From NCBI RefSeq assembly GCF_009914755.1, contig NC_060925.1: a stretch of DNA of 64,000 nt. The stretch is one strand, 5' to 3'. This DNA comes from the human T2T-CHM13v2.0 reference genome, Homo sapiens. How positions within the stretch are numbered: the stretch's first letter is position 1; every line of letters starts with the position of its first letter. The notes below the pieces were generated by a model. It did no database searches and was not told where the DNA came from. It worked only from the letters and a program-made list of their open reading frames with translations. The translations under genes and the position numbers were made by a program. This document shows, piece after piece, positions 13,295 through 29,300 of the stretch.

Positions 13295-16200
13295 ATGGAA
13301 TCGTCATCGAATGAATTGAATGCAATCATCGAATGGTCTCGAATGGAATCATCTTCAAATGGAATGGAATGGAATCATCGCATAGAATCGAATGGAATTA
13401 TCATCGAATGGAATCGAATGGAATCAACATCAAACGGAAAAAAACGGAATTATCGAATGGAATCGAAGAGAATCATCGAATGGACCCGAATGGAATCATC
13501 TAATGGAATGGAATGGAATAATCCATGGACTCGAATGCAATCATCATCGAATGGAATCGAATGGAATCATCGAATGGACTCGAATGGAATAATCATTGAA
13601 CGGAATCGAATGGAATCATCATCGGATGGAAATGAATGGAATCATCATCGAATGGAATCGAATAGAATTATGGAATGAAATCCAGTGTGATCATCATCGA
13701 ATGGACCCGAATGGAATCATCATCCAACGGAAGCTAATGGAATCAACATCGAATGAATCAAATGGAAACACCATCGAATTGAAACGAATGGAATTACCAT
13801 GAAATTGAAATGGATGGACTCATCCTCAAATGGATTCGAGTGGAATCATCAAATAAAATTGATTGAAATCATCATCGAATGGAATCGAATGGTATCATTG
13901 AATGGAATCGAATGGAATCATCATCAGATGGAAATGAAAGGAATCGTCATAGAATGGAATCGAATGGATTCATTGAATGGAATCAGATGGAATCATTGAA
14001 TGGACTGGAATGGAATCATTGAATGGACTCGAAAGGGATCATTATTGAATGGAATTGAATGGAATCATCGAATGGTCTCGATTGGAATCATTATCAAATG
14101 GAATCGAATGGAATCACCAAATAGAATCGAATGGAACAATCATCGAATGGACTCAAATGGAATTATCCTCAAATGGAATTGAATGGAATTATCGAATGCA
14201 ATCGAATGGAATTATCGAATGCAATCGAATAGAATCATCGAATGGACTCGAATGGAATCATCGAATGGAATGGAATGGAACAGTCAATGAACTCGAATGG
14301 AATCATCATTGAATGGAATCGAATGGAATCATCGAGTGGAATCGAATGTAATCATCATCAAATGGAATCAAAAATAACCATCATCAAATGGAATCAAAAA
14401 TAACCATCATCAATTGGTATTGAATGGAATTCTCATCAAATGGAATTCAAAGGAATCATCATCAAATGGAACCGAATGGAATCCTCATTGAATGGAAATG
14501 AAAGGGGTCATCATCTAATGGAATCGCATGGAATCATCATCAAATGGAATCGAATGGAATCAACATCAAATGGAATCAAATGGAATCATTGAACGGAATT
14601 GAATGGAATCGTCATCGAATGAATTGAATGCAATCATCGAATGGTCTCGAATGGAATCATCTTCAAATGGAATGGAATGGAATCATCGCATAGAATCGAA
14701 TGGAATTTTCATCGAATGGAATCGAATGGAATCAACATCAAACGGAAAAAAACGGAATTATCGAATGGAATCGAAGAGAATCATCGAATGGACCCGAATG
14801 GAATCATCTAATGGAATGGAATGGAATAATCCATGGACTCGAATGCAATCATCATCGAATGGAATCGAATGGAATCATCGAATGGACTCGAATGGAATAA
14901 TCATTGAACGGAATCGAATGGAATCATCATCGGATGGAAATGAATGGAATCATCATCGAATGGAATCGAATAGAATTATGGAATGAAATCCAGTGTGATC
15001 ATCATCGAATGGACCCGAATGGAATCATCATCCAACGGAAGCTAATGGAATCAACATCGAATGAATCAAATGGAAACACCATCGAATTGAAACGAATGGA
15101 ATTACCATGAAATTGAAATGGATGGACTCATCCTCAAATGGATTCGAGTGGAATCATCGAATAAAATTGATTGAAATCATCATCGAATGGAATCGAATGG
15201 TATCATTGAATGGAATCGAATGGAATCATCATCAGATGGAAATGAAAGGAATCGTCATAGAATGGAATCGAATGGATTCATTGAATGGAATCAGATGGAA
15301 TCATTGAATGGACTGGAATGGAATCATTGAATGGACTCGAAAGGGATCATTATTGAATGGAATTGAATGGAATCATCGAATGGTCTCGATTGGAATCATT
15401 ATCAAATGGAATCGAATGGAATCACCGAATAGAATCGAATGGAACAATCATCGAATGGACTCAAATGGAATTATCCTCAAATGGAATTGAATGGAATTAT
15501 CGAATGCAATCGAATGGAATTATCGAATGCAATCGAATAGAATCATCGAATGGACTCGAATGGAATCATCGAATGGAATGGAATGGAACAGTCAATGAAC
15601 TCGAATGGAATCATCATTGAATGGAATCGAATGGAATCATCGAGTGGAATCGAATGTAATCATCATCAAATGGAATCAAAAATAACCATCATCAAATGGA
15701 ATCAAAAATAACCATCATCAATTGGTATTGAATGGAATTCTCATCAAATGGAATTCAAAGGAATCATCATCAAATGGAACCGAATGGAATCCTCATTGAA
15801 TGGAAATGAAAGGGGTCTTCATCTAATGGAATCGCATGGAATCATCATAAAATGGAATCGAATGGAATCAACATCAAATGGAATCAAATGGAATAATTGA
15901 ACGGAATTGAATGGAATCGTCATCGAATGAATTGAATGCAATCATCGAATGGTCTCGAATGGAATCATCTTCAAATGGAATGGAATGGAATCATCGCATA
16001 GAATCGAAAGGAATTATCATCGAATGGAATCGAATGGAATCAACAGCAAACGGAAAAAAACGGAATTATCGAATGGAATCGAAGAGAATCATCGAATGGA
16101 CCCGAATGGAATCATCTAATGGAATGGAATGGAATAATCCATGGACTCGAATGCAATCATCATCGAATGGAATCGAATGGAATCATCCAATGGACTCGAA

Positions 16201-19200
16201 TGGAATAATCATTGAACGGAATCGAATGGAATCATCATCGGATGGAAATGAATGGAATCATCATCGAATGGAATCGAATAGAATTATGGAATGAAATCCA
16301 GTGTGATCATCATCGAATGGACCCGAATGGAATCATCATCCAACAGATGCTAATGGAATCAACATCGAATGAATCAAATGGAAACACCATCGAATTGAAA
16401 CGAATGGAATTACCATGAAATTGAAATGGATGGACTCATCATCGAATGGATTCGAAAGGAATCATCGAATAAAATTGATTGAAATCATCATCGAATGGAA
16501 TCGAATGGTATCATTGAATGGAATCGAATGGAATCATCATCAGATGGAAATGAATGGAATCGTCATAGAATGGAATCGAATGGATTCATTGAATGGAATC
16601 AGATGGAATCATCGAATGGACTGGAATGGAATCATTGAATGGACTCGAAAGGGATCATTATTGAATGGAATTGAATGGAATCATCGAATGGTCTCGATTG
16701 GAATCATTATAAAATGGAATCGAATGGAATCACCGAATAGAATCGAATGGAACAATCATCGAATGGACTCAAATGGAATTATCCTCAAATGGAATTGAAT
16801 GGAATTATCGAATGCAATCGAATGGAATTATCGAATGCAATCGAATAGAATCATCGAATGGACTCGAATGGAATCATCGAATGGAATGGAATGGAACAGT
16901 CAATGAACTCGAATGGAATCATCATTGAATGGAATCGAATGGAATCATCGAGTGGAATCGAATGTAATCATCATCAAATGGAATCAAAAATAACCATCAT
17001 CAAATGGAATCAAAAATAACCATCATCAATTGGTATTGAATGGAATTCTCATCAAATGGAATTCAAAGGAATCATCATCAAATGGAACCGAATGGAATCC
17101 TCATTGAATGGAAATGAAAGGGGTCATCATCTAATGGAATCGCATGGAATCATCATCAAATGGAATCGAATGGAATCAACATCAAATGGAATCAAATGGA
17201 ATCATAGAACGGAATTGAATGGAATCGTCATTGAATGAATTGAATACAATCATCGAATGGTCTCGAATGGAATCATCTTCAAATGGAATGGAATGGAATC
17301 ATCGCATAGAATCGAATGGAATTTTCATCGAATGGAATCGAATGGAATCAACATCAAACGGAAAAAAACGGAATTATCGAATGGAATCGAAGATAATCAC
17401 CGAATGGACCCGAATGGAATCATCTAATGGAATGGAATGGAATAATCCATGGACTCGAATGCAATCATCATCGAATGGAATCGAATGGAATCATCGAATG
17501 GACTCGAATGGAATAATCATTGAACGGAATCGAATGGAATCATCATCGGATGGAAATGAATGGAATCATCATCGAATGGAATCGAATAGAATTATGGAAT
17601 GAAATCCAGTGTGATCATCATCGAATGGACCCGAATGGAATCATCATCCAACGGAAGCTAATGGAATCAACATCGAATGAATCAAATGGAAACACCATCG
17701 AATTGAAACCAATGGAATTACCATGAAATTGAAATGGATGGACTCATCCTCAAATGGATTCGAGTGGAATCATCGAATAAAATTGATTGAAATCATCATC
17801 GAATGGAATCGAATGGTATCATTGAATGGAATCGAATGGAATCATCATCAGATGGAAATGAAAGGAATCGTCATAGAATGGAATCGAATGGATTCATTGA
17901 ATGGAATCAGATGGAATCATTGAATGGACTGGAATGGAATCATTGAATGGACTCGAAAGGGATCATTATTGAATGGAATTGAATGGAATCATCGAATGGT
18001 CTCGATTGGAATCATTATCAAATGGAATCGAATGGAATCACCAAATAGAATCGAATGGAACAATCATCGAATGGACTCAAATGGAATAATCCTCAAATGG
18101 AATTGAATGGAATTATCGAATGCAATCGAATGGAATTATCGAATGCAATCGAATAGAATCATCGAATGGACTCGAATGGAATCATCGAATGGAATGGAAT
18201 GGAACAGTCAATGAACTCGAATGGAATCATCATTGAATGGAATCGAATGGAATCATCGAGTGGAATCGAATGTAATCATCATCAAATGGAATCAAAAATA
18301 ACCATCATCAAATGGAATCAAAAATAACCATCATCAATTGGTATTGAATGGAATTCTCATCAAATGGAATTCAAAGGAATCATCATCAAATGGAACCGAA
18401 TGGAATCCTCATTGAATGGAAATGAAAGGGGTCATCATCTAATGGAATCGCATGGAATCATCATCAAATGGAATCGAATGGAATCAACATCAAATGGAAT
18501 CAAATGGAATCATTGAACGGAATTGAATGGAATCGTCATCGAATGAATTGAATGCAATCATCGAATGGTCTCGAATGGAATCATCTTCAAATGGAATGGA
18601 ATGGAATCATCGCATAGAATCGAATGGAATTTTCATCGAATGGAATCGAATGGAATCAACATCAAACGGAAAAAAACGGAATTATCGAATGGAATCGAAG
18701 AGAATCACCGAAAGAACCCGAATGGAATCATCTAATGGAATGGAATGGAATAATCCATGGACTCGAATGCAATCATCATCGAATGGAATCGAATGGAATC
18801 ATCGAATGGACTCGAATGGAATAATCATTGAACGGAATCGAATGGAATCATCATCGGATGGAAATGAATGGAATCATCATCGAATGGAATCGAATAGAAT
18901 TATGGAATGAAATCCAGTGTGATCATCATCGAATGGACCCGAATGGAATCATCATCCAACGGAAGCTAATGGAATCAACATCGAATGAATCAAATGGAAA
19001 CACCATCGAATTGAAACGAATGGAATTACCATGAAATTGAAATGGATGGACTCATCCTCAAATGGATTCGAGTGGAATCATCGAATAAAATTGATTGAAA
19101 TCATCATCGAATGGAATCGAATGGTATCATTGAATGGAATCGAATGGAATCATCATCAGATGGAAATGAAAGGAATCGTCATAGAATGGAATCGAATGGA

Positions 19201-22200
19201 TTCATTGAATGGAATCAGATGGAATCATTGAATGGACTGGAATGGAATCATTGAATGGACTCGAAAGGGATCATTATTGAATGGAATTGAATGGAATCAT
19301 CGAATGGTCTCGATTGGAATCATTATCAAATGGAATCGAATGGAATCACCGAATAGAATCGAATGGAACAATCATCGAATGGACTCAAATGGAATTATCC
19401 TCAAATGGAATTGAATGGAATTATCGAATGCAATCGAATGGAATTATCGAATGCAATCGAATAGAATCATCGAATGGACTCGAATGGAATCATCGAATGG
19501 AATGGAATGGAACAGTCAATGAACTCGAATGGAATCATCATTGAATGGAATCGAATGGAATCATCGAGTGGAATCGAATGTAATCATCATCAAATGGAAT
19601 CAAAAATAACCATCATCAAATGGAATCAAAAATAACCATCATCAATTGGTATTGAATGGAATTCTCATCAAATGGAATTCAAAGGAATCATCATCAAATG
19701 GAACCGAATGGAATCCTCATTGAATGGAAATGAAAGGGGTCATCATCTAATGGAATCGCATGGAATCATCATAAAATGGAATCGAATGGAATCAACATCA
19801 AATGGAATCAAATGGAATCATTGAACGGAATTGAATGGAATCGTCATCGAATGAATTGAATGCAATCATCGAATGGTCTCGAATGGAATCATCTTCAAAT
19901 GGAATGGAATGGAATCATCGCATAGAATCGAAAGGAATTATCATCGAATGGAATCGAATGGAATCAACACCAAACGGAAAAAAACGGAATTATCGAATGG
20001 AATCGAAGAGAATCATCGAATGGACCCGAATGGAATCATCTAATGGAATGGAATGGAATAATCCATGGACTCGAATGCAATCATCATCGAATGGAATCGA
20101 ATGGAATCATCGAATGGACTCGAATGGAATAATCATTGAACGGAATCGAATGGAATCATCATCGGATGGAAATGAATGGAATCATCATCGAATGGAATCG
20201 AATAGAATTATGGAATGAAATCCAGTGTGATCATCATCGAATGGACCCGAATGGAATCATCATCCAACGGATGCTAATGGAATCAACATCGAATGAATCA
20301 AATGGAAACACCATCGAATTGAAACGAATGGAATTACCATGAAATTGAAATGGATGGACTCATCATCGAATGGATTCGAAAGGAATCATCGAATAAAATT
20401 GATTGAAATCATCATCGAATGGAATCGAATGGTATCATTGAATGGAATCGAATGGAATCATCATCAGATGGAAATGAATGGAATCGTCATAGAATGGAAT
20501 CGAATGGATTCATTGAATGGAATCAGATGGAATCATTGAATGGACTGGAATGGAATCATTGAATGGACTCGAAAGGGATCATTATTGAATGGAATTGAAT
20601 GGAATCATCGAATGGTCTCGATTGGAATCATTATCAAATGGAATCGAATGGAATCACCGAATAGAATCGAATGGAACAATCATCGAATGGACTCAAATGG
20701 AATTATCCTCAAATGGAATTGAATGGAATTATCGAATGCAATCGAATGGAATTATCGAATGCAATCGAATAGAATCATCGAATGGACTCGAATGGAATCA
20801 TCGAATGGAATGGAATGGAACAGTCAATGAACTCGAATGGAATCATCATTGAATGGAATCGAATGGAATCATCGAGTGGAATCGAATGTAATCATCATCA
20901 AATGGAATCAAAAATAACCATCATCAAATGGAATCAAAAATAACCATCATCAATTGGTATTGAATGGAATTCTCATCAAATGGAATTCAAAGGAATCATC
21001 ATCAAATGGAACCGAATGGAATCCTCATTGAATGGAAATGAAAGGGGTCATCATCTAATGGAATCGCATGGAATCATCATCAAATGGAATCGAATGGAAT
21101 CAACATCAAATGGAATCAAATGGAATCATTGAACGGAATTGAATGGAATCGTCATCGAATGAATTGAATGCAATCATCGAATGGTCTCGAATGGAATCAT
21201 CTTCAAATGGAATGGAATGGAATCATCGCATAGAATCGAATGGAATTTTCATCGAATGGAATCGAATGGAATCAACATCAAAAGGAAAAAAACGGAATTA
21301 TCGAATGGAATCGAAGAGAATCACCGAATGGACCCGAATGGAATCATCTAATGGAATGGAATGGAATAATCCATGGAATCGAATGCAATCATCATCGAAT
21401 GGAATCGAATGGAATCATCGAATGGACTCGAATGGAATAATCATTGAACGGAATCGAATGGAATCATCATCGGATGGAAATGAATGGAATCATCATCGAA
21501 TGGAATCGAATAGAATTATGGAATGAAATCCAGTGTGATCATCATCGAATGGACCCGAATGGAATCATCATCCAACGGAAGCTAATGGAATCAACATCGA
21601 ATGAATCAAATGGAAACACCATCGAATTGAAACGAATGGAATTACCATGAAATTGAAATGGATGGACTCATCCTCAAATGGATTCGAGTGGAATCATCGA
21701 ATAAAATTGATTGAAATCATCATCGAATGGAATCGAATGGTATCATTGAATGGAATCGAATGGCATCATCATCAGATGGAAATGAAAGGAATCGTCATAG
21801 AATGGAATCGAATGGATTCATTGAATGGAATCAGATGGAATCATTGAATGGACTGGAATGGAATCATTGAATGGACTCGAAAGGGATCATTATTGAATGG
21901 AATTGAATGGAATCATCGAATGGTCTCGATTGGAATCATTATCAAATGGAATCGAATGGAATCACCGAATAGAATCGAATGGAACAATCATCGAATGGAC
22001 TCAAATGGAATTATCCTCAAATGGAATTGAATGGAATTATCGAATGCAATCGAATGGAATTATCGAATGCAATCGAATAGAATCATCGAATGGACTCGAA
22101 TGGAATCATCAAATGGAATGGAATGGAACAGTCAATGAACTCGAATGGAATCATCATTGAATGGAATCGAATGGAATCATCGAGTGGAATCGAATGTAAT

Positions 22201-25200
22201 CATCATCAAATGGAATCAAAAATAACCATCATCAAATGGAATCAAAAATAACCATCATCAATTGGTATTGAATGGAATTCTCATCAAATGGAATTCAAAG
22301 GAATCATCATCAAATGGAACCGAATGGAATCCTCATTGAATGGAAATGAAAGGGGTCATCATCTAATGGAATCGCATGGAATCATCATAAAATGGAATCG
22401 AATGGAATCAACATCAAATGGAATCAAATGGAATATTTGAACGGAATTGAATGGAATCGTCATCGAATGAATTGAATGCAATCATCGAATGGTCTCGAAT
22501 GGAATCATCTTCAAATGGAATGCAATGGAATCATCGCATAGAATCGAAAGGAATTATCATCGAATGGAATCGAATGGAATCAACACCAAACGGAAAAAAA
22601 CGGAATTATCGAATGGAATCGAAGAGAATCATCGAATGGACCCGAATGGAATCATCTAATGGAATGGAAAGGAATAATCCATGGACTCGAATGCAATCAT
22701 CATCGAATGGAATCGAATGGAATCATCCAATGGACTCGAATGGAATAATCATTGAACGGAATCGAATGGAATCATCATCGGATGGAAATGAATGGAATCA
22801 TCATCGAATGGAATCGAATAGAATTATGGAATGAAATCCAGTGTGATCATCATCGAATGGACCCGAATGGAATCATCATCCAACGGATGCTAATGGAATC
22901 AACATCGAATGAATCAAATGGAAACACCATCGAATTGAAACGAATGGAAATACCATGAAATTGAAATGGATGGACTCATCATCGAATGGATTCGAAAGGA
23001 ATCATCGAATAAAATTGATTGAAATCATCATCGAATGGAATCGAATGGTATCATTGAATGGAATCGAATGGAATCATCATCAGATGGAAATGAATGGAAT
23101 CGTCATAGAATGGAATCGAATGGATTCATTGAATGGAATCAGATGGAATCATTGAATGGACTGGAATGGAATCATTGAATGGACTCGAAAGGGATCATTA
23201 TTGAATGGAATTGAATGGAATCATCGAATGGTCTCGATTGGAATCATTATCAAATGGAATCGAATGGAATCACCGAATAGAATCGAATGGAACAATCATC
23301 GAATGGACTCAAATGGAATTATCCTCAAATGGAATTGAATGGAATTATCGAATGCAATCGAATGGAATTATCGAATGCAATCGAATAGAATCATCGAATG
23401 GACTCGAATGGAATCATCGAATGGAATGGAATGGAACAGTCAATGAACTCGAATGGAATCATCATTGAATGGAATCGAATGGAATCATCGAGTGGAATCG
23501 AATGTAATCATCATCAAATGGAATCAAAAATAACCATCATCAAATGGAATCAAAAATAACCATCATCAATTGGTATTGAATGGAATTCTCATCAAATGGA
23601 ATTCAAAGGAATCATCATCAAATGGAACCGAATGGAATCCTCATTGAATGGAAATGAAAGGGGTCATCATCTAATGGAATCGCATGGAATCATCATCAAA
23701 TGGAATCGAATGGAATCAACATCAAATGGAATCAAATGGAATCATTGAACGGAATTGAATGGAATCGTCATCGAATGAATTGAATGCAATCATCGAATGG
23801 TCTCGAATGGAATCATCTTCAAATGGAATGGAATGGAATCATCGCATAGAATCGAATGGAATTTTCATCGAATGGAATCGAATGGAATCAACATCAAACG
23901 GAAAAAAACGGAATTATCGAATGGAATCGAAGAGAATCACCGAATGGACCCGAATGGAATCATCTAATGGAATGGAATGGAATAATCCATGGACTCGAAT
24001 GCAATCATCATCGAATGGAATCGAATGGAATCATCGAATGGACTCGAATGGAATAATCATTGAACGGAATCGAATGGAATCATCATCGGATGGAAATGAA
24101 TGGAATCATCATCGAATGGAATCGAATAGAATTATGGAATGAAATCCAGTGTGATCATCATCGAATGGACCCGAATGGAATCATCATCCAACGGAAGCTA
24201 ATGGAATCAACATCGAATGAATCAAATGGAAACACCATCGAATTGAAACGAATGGAATTACCATGAAATTGAAATGGATGGACTCATCCTCAAATGGATT
24301 CGAGTGGAATCATCGAATAAAATTGATTGAAATCATCATCGAATGGAATCGAATGGTATCATTGAATGGAATCGAATGGAATCATCATCAGATGGAAATG
24401 AAAGGAATCGTCATAGAATGGAATCGAATGGATTCATTGAATGGAATCAGATGGAATCATTGAATGGACTGGAATGGAATCATTGAATGGACTCGAAAGG
24501 GATCATTATTGAATGGAATTGAATGGAATCATCGAATGGTCTCGATTGGAATCATTATCAAATGGAATCGAATGGAATCACCGAATAGAATCGAATGGAA
24601 CAATCATCGAATGGACTCAAATGGAATTATCCTCAAATGGAATTGAATGGAATTATCGAATGCAATCGAATGGAATTATCGAATGCAATCGAATAGAATC
24701 ATCGAATGGACTCGAATGGAATCATCGAATGGAATGGAATGGAACAGTCAATGAACTCGAATGGAATCATCATTGAATGGAATCGAATGGAATCATCGAG
24801 TGGAATCGAATGTAATCATCATCAAATGGAATCAAAAATAACCATCATCAAATGGAATCAAAAATAACCATCATCAATTGGTATTGAATGGAATTCTCAT
24901 CAAATGGAATTCAAAGGAATCATCATCAAATGGAACCGAATGGAATCCTCATTGAATGGAAATGAAAGGGGTCATCATCTAATGGAATCGCATGGAATCA
25001 TCATAAAATGGAATCGAATGGAATCAACATCAAATGGAATCAAATGGAATATTTGAACGGAATTGAATGGAATCGTCATCGAATGAATTGAATGCAATCA
25101 TCGAATGGTCTCGAATGGAATCATCTTCAAATGGAATGCAATGGAATCATCGCATAGAATCGAAAGGAATTATCATCGAATGGAATCGAATGGAATCAAC

Positions 25201-26351
25201 ACCAAACGGAAAAAAACGGAATTATCGAATGGAATCGAAGAGAATCATCGAATGGACCCGAATGGAATCATCTAATGGAATGGAATGGAATAATCCATGG
25301 ACTCGAATGCAATCATCATCGAATGGAATCGAATGGAATCATCCAATGGACTCGAATGGAATAATCATTGAACGGAATCGAATGGAATCATCATCGGATG
25401 GAAATGAATGGAATCATCATCGAATGGAATCGAATAGAATTATGGAATGAAATCCAGTGTGATCATCATCGAATGGACCCGAATGGAATCATCATCCAAC
25501 GGATGCTAATGGAATCAACATCGAATGAATCAAATGGAAACACCATCGAATTGAAACGAATGGAATTACCATGAAATTGAAATGGATGGACTCATCATCG
25601 AATGGATTCGAAAGGAATCATCGAATAAAATTGATTGAAATCATCATCGAATGGAATCGAATGGTATCATTGAATGGAATCGAATGGAATCATCATCAGA
25701 TGGAAATGAATGGAATCGTCATAGAATGGAATCGAATGGATTCATTGAATGGAATCAGATGGAATCATCGAATGGACTGGAATGGAATCATTGAATGGAC
25801 TCGAAAGAGATCATGATTGAATGGAATTGAATAGAATCATCGAATGGTCTCGATTGGAATCATTATCAAATGGAATCGAATGGAATCACCGAATAGAATC
25901 GAATGGAACAATCATCGAATGGACTCAAATGGAATTATCCTCAAATGGAATCGAATGGAATTATCGAATGCAATCGAATAGAATCATCGAATGGACTCGA
26001 ATGGAATCATCGAATGGAATGGAATGGAACAGTCAATGAACTCGAATGGAATCATCATTGAATGGAATCGAATGGAATCATCGAGTGGAATCGAATGGAA
26101 TTATGATCAAATGGAATCGAATGTAATCATCATCAAATGGAATCAAAAATAACCATCATCAATTGGTATTGAATGGAATTGTCATCAAATGGAATTCAAA
26201 GGAAACATCATCAAATGGAACCGAATGGAATCCTCATTGAATGGAAATGAAAGGGGTCATCATCTAATGGAATCGCATGGAATCATCATCAAATGGAATC
26301 GAATGGAATCATCATCAAATGGAATCTAATGGAATCATTCAACAGAATTGA
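13295..26351 (+). repeat. Block of ten 1308-bp units (no S segment), with a 2616-bp dimeric substructure
   Basis: Landmarks every 1308 bp from 13295 to 25067; the last unit is 1285 bp. Variant classes GGAATTTTC and TCGAAAGGAATT largely alternate. Confidence 0.93.
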
Positions 26352-29300
26352 ATGGAATCGTCATCGAATGAATTGAATGCAATCATCGAATGGTCTCGAA
26401 TGGAACCATCTTCTAATGGAAAGGAATGGAATCATCGCATAGAATCGAATGGAATTGTCATCGAATGGAATCGAATGGTATCAACACCAAACGGAAAAAA
26501 ACGGAATTATCGAATGGAATCGAAGAGAATCTTCGAACGGACCCGAATGGAATCATCTAATGGAATGGAATGGAATAATCCATGGACTCGAATGCAATCA
26601 TCATCGAATGGAATCGAATGGAATCATCGAATGGACTCGAATGGAATAATCATTGAACGGAATCGAATGGAATCATCATCGGATGGAAACGAATGGAATC
26701 ATCATCGGATGGGAATGAAAGGAGTCATCATCTAATGGAATTGCATGGAATCATCGTAAAATGGAATCGAATGGAATCAACATCAAATGGAATCAAATGG
26801 AATCATTGAACGGAATTGAATGGAATCGTCATCGAATGAATTGAATGCAATCATCGAATGGTCTCGAATGGAATCATCTTCAAATGGAATGGAATGGAAT
26901 CATTGCATAGAATCGAATGGAATTATCATCGAATGGAATCGAATGGTATCAACATCAAACGGGAAAAAACGGAATTATCGAATGGAATCGAAGAGAATCT
27001 TCGAACGTACCCGAATGGAATCATCTAATGGAGTGGAATGGAATAATCCATGGACTCGAATGCAATCATCATCGAATGGAATCGAATGGAATCATCGAAT
27101 GGACTCGAATGGAATAATCATTGAACGGAATCGAATGGAATCATCATCGGATGGAAATGAATGGAAGGATCATCGAATGGAATCGAATAGAATTATGGAA
27201 TGAAATCCAGTGTGATCATCATTGAATGGACCCGAATGGAATCATCATCCAACGGAAGCTAATGGAATCAACATCGAATGAATCGAATGGAAACACCATC
27301 GAATTGAAACGAATGGAATTATCATGAAATTGGAATGGATGGACCCATCATCGAATGGATTCGAATGGAATCATCGAATAAAATTGATTGAAATCATCAT
27401 CAAATGGAATCGAATGGTGTCATTGAATGGGATCGAATGGAATCATCGTCAGATGGAAATTAATGGAATCGTCATAGAATGGAATCGAATGGATTCATTG
27501 AATGGAATCAGATGGAATCATCGAATGGACTGGAATGGAATCATTGAATGGCCTCGAATGGAATCATTATTGAATGGAATTGAATGGAATCATCGAATGG
27601 TCTCGATTGGAATCATTATCAAATGGAATCGAATGGAATCACCGAATAGAATCGAATGGAACAATCATCGAATTGACTCAAATGGAATTATCCTCAAATG
27701 GAATCGAATGGAATTATCGAATGCAATCGAATGGAATTATCGAATGCAATCGAATAGAATCATCGAATGGACTCGAATGGAATCATCGAATGGAATGGAA
27801 TGGAACAGTCAATGAACTCGAACGGAATCATCATTGAATGGAATCGAATGGAATCATCGAGTGGAATCGAATGGAATTATGATCAAATGGAATCGAATGT
27901 AATCCTCATCAAATGGAATCAAAAATAACGATCATCAATTGGTATTGAATGGAATTGTCATCAAATGGAATTGAAAGGAATCATCATCAAATGGAACCGA
28001 ATGGAATCCTCATTGATTGGAAATGAAAGTGGTCATCATCTAATGGAATTGCATGGAATCATCATCAAATGGAATCGAATGGAATCATCATGAAATGGAA
28101 TCTAAGGGAATCATTGAACAGAATTGAATGGAATCGTCATCGAATGAATTGAATGCAATCATCGAATGATCTCGAATGGAATCATCTTCAAATGGAAAGG
28201 AATGGAATCATCGCATAGAATCGAATGGAATTATCATCGAATGGAATCCAATGGTATCAACATCAAACGGAAAAAAACGGAATTATGGAATGGAATCGAA
28301 GAGAATCTTCGAACGGACCCGAATGGAATCATCTAATGGAATGGAATGGAATAATCCATGGACTCGAATGCAATCATCATCAAATGGAATCGAACGGAAT
28401 CATCGAATGGACTCGAATGGAATAATCATTGAACGGAATCGAATGGAATCATCATCGGATGGAAACGAATGGAATCATCATCGAATGGAAATGAAAGGAG
28501 TCATCATCTAATGGAATTGCATGGAATCATCATAAAATGGAATCGAATGGAATCAACATCAAATGGAATCAAATGGAATCATTGAATGGAATTGAATGGA
28601 ATCGTCATCGAATGAATTGAATGCAATCATCGAATGGTCTCTAATGGAATCATCTTCAAATGGAATGGAATGGAATCATCGCATAGAATCGAGTGGAATT
28701 ATCATCGAATGGAATCGAATGGAATCAACATCAAACGGAAAAAAACGGAATTATCGAATGGAATCGAAGAGAATCATCGAATGGACCCGAATGGAATCAT
28801 CTAATGGAATGGAATGGAATAATCCATGGACTCGAATGCAATCATCATCGAATGGAATCGAATGGAATCATCGAATGGACTCGAATGGAATAATCATTGA
28901 ACGGAATCGAATGGAATCATCATCGGATGGAAATGAATGGAATCATCATCGAATGGAATCGAATAGAATTATGGAATGAAATCCAGTGTGATCATCATCG
29001 AATGGACCCGAATGGAATCATCATCCAACGGAAGCTAATGGAATCAACATCGAATGAATCGAATGGAAACACCATCGAATTGAAACGAATGGAATTATCA
29101 TGAAATTGAAATGGATGGACTCATCATCGAATGGATTCGAATCGAATCATCGAATAAAATTGATTGAAATCATCATCAAATGGAATCGAATGGTATCATT
29201 GAATGGAATCGAATGGAATCATCATCAGATGGAAATGAATGGAATCGTCATAGAATGGAATCGAATGGATTCATTGAATGGAATCAGATGGAATCATCGA

